Source: Eledone cirrhosa
Taxonomy: Eukaryota
Assembly (NCBI GenBank): GCA_964016885.1
Contig: OZ024747.1
Span: 74,338,001 to 74,402,000, forward strand
DNA: 64,000 bases
Reading direction: 5' to 3'
The translations under genes and the position numbers were made by a program. The notes below the pieces were generated by a model that did not search any database, was not told where the DNA came from, and saw only the letters and a list, made by a program, of their open reading frames with translations. This document shows positions 56,495 to 64,000 of the stretch, piece after piece; positions within the stretch are counted from its first letter, which is position 1; every line of letters starts with the position of its first letter.

Positions 56495-56756
56495 TATACA
56501 TATATATACATATATTTATATGTGTCTGTGTGTGTATGAAAAATACAATGTTGTCTCCGATCGAGACGAAGCGATCATGTATTTGAATACATATAAAAAT
56601 AAGAAAATTTATCTCTAGAAGAGTCGTTAAAACAGTAAGAACTATCAAGGATAAAATATGATGTCGTGAATCGAACTCACGGCAGTAAGGTTGTAAGCCA
56701 CACGTCTTCTCTCCCTCTCTAACTTCCACGCTCTCTCTCTCCAACACATACACAGA

Positions 56757-56831
<75 letters not shown>

Positions 56832-56869
56832 CGTCAAATCGGACCGAGGAAACAATGTTTCCATTGGTC

Positions 56870-57030
56870 TTTCCAATTGCTAATACTATCTATCGGTCGC
56901 AAATCCAGGTAGAAGGAGCAACGTGAAATAAAGTGTCTTGCTCAAAGACATAACGCATCACCCGGTCCAGGAATCGAACTCACAACCTCACGATTGAGAG
57001 TTCAATTCTCTTACCACTCAACCACGCGCC
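56870..57030 (-). mobile_element. tRNA-derived SINE 5' part
   Basis: Minus strand GGCGCGTGGTTGAGTGGTAAG...GAGTTCGATTCC...GTCTTTGAGCAAGACACTT. Confidence 0.75.
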
Positions 57031-57560
<530 letters not shown>

Positions 57561-57726
57561 TGAATATTAATATATGTAAATATCCTAATATATATGTCTC
57601 CGTGTATGTTATAAACACGTCATGCAAAGATCCGTATGTGTATGTACGTATGACGTTTAATATGTGTCTGTATGTGTGTATTTGTTTGTGTTTGTGTGTC
57701 TCTGCGTGTGTGTGTGAGTGTGTCTC

Positions 57727-57775
<49 letters not shown>

Positions 57776-57931
57776 ATATATAGAGGGACGGATAACGCAA
57801 TTGTGATAGATATGGAGAGTGAGAAAGAGAGAGAGAAAGACAAAGATATACAAGCGTGAGAAAGAGGGAGGCGTGAGAGAGAGTGTGTGTGTATGTATAA
57901 GTCAATGACTGTCAAAAGAAGACAACTTGGA

Positions 57932-58357
57932 AGGAACAGGTTTGGGACAGGTTTGGAGCAGATGTGGAACAGGTTTGGGATAGGTTTGGGACAGGCTTGG
58001 GAGAGGTTTGGAACAGGTTTGGGACAGGCTTGGGACTGGCTTGGGACATGCTTGGGAGAGGCTTGGGACAGGTTTGGGACAGGTTTGGGACAGGCTTGGG
58101 ACAGGTTTGGGACAGGCTTGGGACAGGTTTGGGACAGGCTTGGGAGAGGTTTGGGACAGGCTTGGGACAGGTTTGGGACAGGCTTGGGACTGGCTTGGGA
58201 CATGCTTGGGAGAGGCTTGGGACAGGTTTGGGACAGGTTTGGGACAGGTTTGGGACAGGCTTGGGACAGGTTTGGGACAGGCTTGGGACAGGTTTGGGAC
58301 AGGCTTGGGAGAGGTTTGGAACAGGTTTGGGACAGGCTTGGGACAGGTTTGGGACAG
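57932..58357. repeat. 11-bp minisatellite (GGGACAGGYTT), ~38 copies
   Basis: 11-bp period. Confidence 0.95.
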
Positions 58358-59959
58358 CCAGTCTCGGAATAACGAGAATGAAGTAGAATGTAGAACAAAA
58401 ATATTTCTGTTACTTCTGGCAAGAGTCCTAGACAGGTTGACATAGACACTATATAGATCAACTATGTTAGCGATGAGTCATGCTCAATATATGTAGCTTT
58501 ATACACTACACTAGATTAACATTTATCCTTAGCAATCTTTATAATGGATATGATCCAGAAATTTCCAGCCATGTGACTGGATCGATATTTATAACTACAG
58601 CTATGTTGTTCATGTCGGAAATGTTCAAACTTGTGTTAATTCATTTACAGAATTACGTTGTTGGAAAATGCTGTTTATTATCTACGAGTCACTATCATCA
58701 TCACCATCACCATCAATAGCATCATCATCATCATCATCATCATCATGATCATCATCATCATCATCAACATCAACATCATCTCCAAGTAGGTGTTGTAATG
58801 CGTAGGAGGCTTCTCGCCAAAATAAGTCAGGAATCATGGCGTCACTGTTTCAACTACCAGTTGTTACAATCATTTCTGTAAACAAATGTTTAATATCTTA
58901 TCCTGGAGATTTCTTTTAGAGTCTATACGGCTAGTGAAAGCAATGTGTTCTCCTCAGACTAGAGACCTAGATTAAATTAGTGTATGCTTGTAGCATAACG
59001 GATGCCGCGAAAGGTACCCAAATGCCAAGTGGTCGTGTTAAACCAAACGAGGGAGTGAGTCCCCGATCAATAACAGGCACGATTGATATGTAGAGTTGCC
59101 ACAGAATTTTCGTCAACCAAATATTACACATATGAATTTGGTCATTTCGAGAGAATGGTTGATCGATAACACTTTGCTATTGTCATGTAAATGGATTGAA
59201 CTCGGAACTACCTAGATGAAAAATGAACTTCTTAGCTACATACCTATATAGCATACCATAGCAAAAGACGTGTGACAAAGCACTCCACCTCAACCCACGC
59301 ATTTACAGAGAAGGTTTCACGAGTTTAGGTACAGTTTGAGGATGACGCAACATCCTGTTTCAATTCCCCTAATATTTGGATCGTTTTAATGCTCAATAAG
59401 TCGATATTGAAAGATATTGTGTTGCCTCTGCCATATATATATTGGCAAATTAAGTCCTCAGTAAGGGTTCCGTTCAGAAACAGAAACATATATAGCGCTA
59501 CTACCATATGAAAATATAATTTAATCGGCTATGATGTAATATAAAAAAATGTTATTCCCATATTTCTATATAAAGTCGATAAAAAAAATACCAGTAACAC
59601 ACTGGATCGATTTAATTGACCATTCCCTCCCCTAAAGTTGTTAACCTTGTGCCTAAATCAGAAACCCTTATTAACCCCAAGTCAGCTTTCAGTAAGAAGA
59701 CCTATGTTCAAGTGCCCTCAATCCCGTCTTTTATTCAGACGTACTGAAACTGTGACTACACTATCCTAATGCTGGTGTCTTAACAGCATGTTATCTTAAT
59801 GTTATACAGAGTATATCTATGTCATACAGAGCCTACACTACACAACATTTCTACAGATATTATTCAATACTCTAGCTACGATATAAATATAGATAAATTT
59901 ATTTAATTTAAAGCAACATCTTAGCAATATTGTGTATAAAGAAAAGATGTTTATGAAGA

Positions 59960-60235
59960 CTGGTTGTGGTCTAGTGGTGTTTTGCACTTACGTTCATAAT
60001 GTTGTGGGTCATTCCTGGACTGGTTTGTGTGTTGTGCTTTTGAGCAAAACATTTTATTTCACGTTGCTTCAATATACTCAGCTAAAAATGAGTACCAGTA
60101 GTAGCTGTAGAATTAATCCTGCGATGGACTGGCATCCTGTCTGGGAGGGAGACTTGTATTTTCAGTCAGTTAACGGCACAGAAGTCGGGATTAGCAATGG
60201 CCTGATGCATCTTTGGGCTCAAGACAGAATTTAGA
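59960..60235 (+). mobile_element. tRNA-derived SINE, second family
   Basis: Homologous to 52180-52440. Confidence 0.7.
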
Positions 60236-60703
60236 CTTTTAGAAAAGATGTTTACATCTGTCTGTACACACCATGTTGACTAACACATTTATAGATATAT
60301 TTCTGTAGTTTAGTAAGCATTTTTCTATATTCTCGGGGTTTTTTTAAAGATGGTAGGATTATTTTGGGGATTTGGCTGTCATTTCTAGCAAGTAAGGACT
60401 CCTTCATATCCTGGGTACATCATTTGCCAGTGATTGACATCATGTATGTATTCAGTCTACAATAATTCAACGATATTTTCGCTCGTGTATGTCTCCTGCT
60501 TATACATAATGGCTTACATATACTTTATTAACAGCGCAAACAATATCCTAAACGCAACCAAAAAAACTTATTGTTTACTTGGAGTTGGCAAACGTGATTT
60601 TCCTCAGTTATATTCTTTAATAATAAGATTGGACAAACAAACTTCTATGTTCACCCCATAGTCATCTCACTTTCTCTAGAACATTAAATGCCACTCTAAA
60701 TGA

Positions 60704-60764
<61 letters not shown>

Positions 60765-61404
60765 TGGGGGGGGGGGGGTGTACAACATAGATGTATATAT
60801 ATATGAACTCCCACACATAAGTACATACACACACACACATATATACATATATATGTAAACTCATATTTTATTCGTGTTTTGTTTTTTAATACTTTGGTAG
60901 GAATATCATGCAGTTTATTTGGAACTGCAAAGTTCTTATGACCAATTTTTCTAGAACATTTTAGTCAAACATTCCACGATCAAATGAAGTCGACATATAG
61001 TGACGTCTCTTTATATACCGGATGTTTACAGAAACCAAATTAGCTGACAATTAGCTTCTTCTGATGGGACACACAGCTTTGTGTGTATATGGAATATAGA
61101 AAGGATATTTACAATTAACAGTACAAATTATGAAACTATCAGTACCATGTCTACTTGTGTTGTGGATTGGTTTATGTGTGATTCTCTGCTCTCTGAGTTC
61201 AAATCCCGCTGAGGTCAACTTCCATCCTCTCGAGGTCGATAAAAAAGTACCAGTCTAGTACTGGAGTCGATTCTTCCTCTAGATAGATGATAATCAAAAC
61301 GAGAATGTAGTTTATGGTACACCCAAATGATTTAGAAGTCAACCTTAAGTAGGAACAATAATATTAAGAAAGACATGAACGACACCACATGATTTTGTAT
61401 TGAA

Positions 61405-61715
61405 AATTTTGAAAGTAGGTTTATAAGTATGAATTTCCACAAGATTTTCGTAGTTGTCTCTGTGGCCTAGTGGTAGGTGCTAGAGACGGGAAAGTTCCTG
61501 GTCTTGGGTTCAATCCTGGTCAATAGGTAAGCGTAACCTTTTTGCAGTTTTTATTTTACAACCAATAGAAAAAAACTGAAAAGAATTACCGAGAACCCTA
61601 CCAGGATCGAACTTCAGACCAGATCACCATCGTCTGTGACTCCCCCCAACTAGGCCGCTGAGAGAGCTACAGCAGTATAACGAAAATGGATAATTATAAA
61701 CCTACTTTCCAAATT
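61405..61715. mobile_element. Inverted-repeat element containing two convergent tRNA-like Pol III cassettes
   Basis: 26-bp terminal inverted repeats (2 mismatches); A box GGCCTAGT and B box GTTCRATCC on each strand, T-runs between. Confidence 0.55.
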
Positions 61716-62169
61716 AAAGTTAAAAAGATGTCCCGACTAGGATCGAACTTCAGACCAGGATCACCATCGTGATGTATGTTTAAAAACGTAAGGGAAGTAG
61801 AATTTCGGAGCAAGTGAAAAGTGAAAAGTTGACCTCAGCGGGATTTGAACTGAGAGAGTAGAGAGTCGAAACAGATATCGCAAAGAATTCTATCTGACGT
61901 TTTAATAACTCAGCTCATTTGCCACCTGGCTCCACTTTCATATTTCAACGAAGAATCTTAAATGTTAAATCGATACAATTTTCACGCCAAATAATTATAG
62001 TTATTAGTTTTTAGATAAAATTTCATTTTGATGGTTAATGTGTTAATCTGAAGGTGCAGGACAAACATAAATCCTTGCTGTGTATTTCGTCTGGATTTCC
62101 GCCTTCTGAATTCAAATTCTGTCGGGATTATCTTAGCTTTTCACTCTTATATGGTGCCGTAAATCCCGA

Positions 62170-62470
62170 GGGCGTCGTAGCGGGGCCGTAGTGACATACA
62201 GCATTTCTATGGCATCTTATAAACCTGACGGAGCCCAGCTTCTCTCCGGCTCAAAAACAGTAGATTTTTTCAGAGAAGGATAGAAAGTGAGAGAATGGAA
62301 GTGAAGAAGAGATATAGAGGAGAAATCGAACCCAGTACTAGATTTTTTTATCGACTGGATAAAAGTCAAAGTTGACCTCGGTGAGATTTACTCAGGAAGA
62401 AGAGAGATGAAACTAATATCGCAAAGCATTCTCTCCGACGTTTTAACAACTCTGCTAATTCACCACCATA
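62170..62470 (-). mobile_element. SINE family B copy
   Basis: Homologous to 39852-40125. Confidence 0.7.
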
Positions 62471-62726
62471 ACTTAAATATATTTCTTAGTCATGAGTTTC
62501 AGGATTGGTTGATTAGACAGGGAATATTTGGTGAAATATTTGGCTTTTGGTGGAAGTTGTTTTATTGTGTTAAAAGTTGTGTTAAAAGTTCTGTTTTAAG
62601 GATGAGTAAATGTATTTGTCTGATGGCTTTTGGTTTGTTGTATTTCTTTACTGTTTGCTATTATACAGTTGTTAGGTGTGGTTGTCAGAGAATATATATA
62701 TTCTTTTACTGGCTTCAGTCACTATA

Positions 62727-62835
<109 letters not shown>

Positions 62836-62929
62836 CGTGAAAAATAACAAAGAGGGTGTATTGAGGATATAGATAGACAGATGATATCCTGAATATATAT
62901 ATATAGACATACATACATACATACATACA

Positions 62930-63060
<131 letters not shown>

Positions 63061-64000
63061 TGAGTGTAAAAGCAGAATAGAAGGAAGAATATGATATAAT
63101 TGATTCAATTGAACAGAGACAAGTGACTACTGTATCAATTAATTTTATCTTTAGAGATTTTTTTTTCTTATCACATTTTATACCTTATTTTTTTGTTTAG
63201 CAATAATATCCCAAAGCTAGGAATATCTAGTGATATCTTGACGTGTCATATCCTGTAGAAATATTAAAGAAAGGAGCTCAACATAAATAACAATTTCAAG
63301 AAGAAAATAAACTGTTATTATATATATATCTACTCCATGAGTCAATCAATAATAGAACATGATAATTCCGCCATTTAAAGTAAATTGATGAAGATGTTGT
63401 TGCTGTTTTTATTATTGTTGTTTGGTTGTTTGGTTATTTTTTTTTTATGTTTTGATGTATATATATATATGTTGTTTTTTTTTGTTTTTTTTTCTTCTTG
63501 TTACTGCTGAATTTTTCTGATTTTTTTCACGTTTTACTTGTTCTTGTCCATACTGTTGTTGTTGTTGTTGTTCGTCTTGTCATCTTCCTTGCTGGAAAGG
63601 CAATTTGACGCTCGGGAATGTTGCCACCTTCCATCCCTGCTTCATCAACGCGCCAAAATGTCAGTCGTGTTTAATTGAGCATCACCTCGCTAGTATACAC
63701 AGACACGCACTCATACACACACATACACACACATGTCCACACATAGACAGAGAGAGAGATAGAGGGGGCAGTATGATAGAGACAGAGAGAGAGAGAGAGG
63801 GAGCAGTGAGATAGAGAGAGAGACACAGATAGAGAGAGAGAGGGGGACAGTGAGACAGAGAGAGAGAGACAAGGAGAGAGAGACTAAGAGAGAAAGAGAA
63901 GCAGGATTCAAAAGTTACTATTGAGGCCGCCATGCTGGTAATATTTGGCCGGGACATCCCACAGTTACACACACATAGGTTCACATATACACACACTCTC

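Noticed and set aside
61450-61670. Functional tRNA genes
   Set aside because: A/B boxes are present but no convincing cloverleaf or anticodon arm.
63540-63965. Promoter/5'UTR with YY1-like CATGGCGGC
   Set aside because: A short motif expected by chance; no supporting gene structure within the window.

Overview
This is an AT-rich, microsatellite-saturated animal genomic window. The SINE set and simple-repeat landscape look like octopus/cephalopod DNA (inference). Almost all listed ORFs are translation artefacts of simple repeats. Real coding sequence is limited to retrotransposons: (i) a near-intact RTE-clade LINE (42.4-46.2 kb) whose APE-endonuclease half is inverted relative to its RT/C2H2 half, a twin-priming-like structure; (ii) a 5'-truncated Penelope-like element (PLE) with a GIY-YIG C-terminus and an inverted terminal repeat (18.5-19.5 kb); (iii) a fossil R4/NeSL-like RT (47.8-49.8 kb). 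The most interesting signal is a set of at least six unrelated short elements, five of them non-coding, each sitting in or beside (TA)n tracts. They carry a type I hammerhead ribozyme core (CTGANGA...GAAA, most with helix III-UH-helix I), and most are arranged as partial tandems (486 and 556 bp units) and/or inverted repeats, i.e. PLE-derived or retrozyme-like mobile RNAs. Also present: a non-autonomous RTE-derived family with a possible twister-like 5' motif, many tRNA-derived SINEs, an inverted-repeat element with two convergent tRNA-like heads, several minisatellites and at most a few weak exon candidates. No host gene could be identified with confidence. All folds and alignments were read by eye and need computational confirmation.
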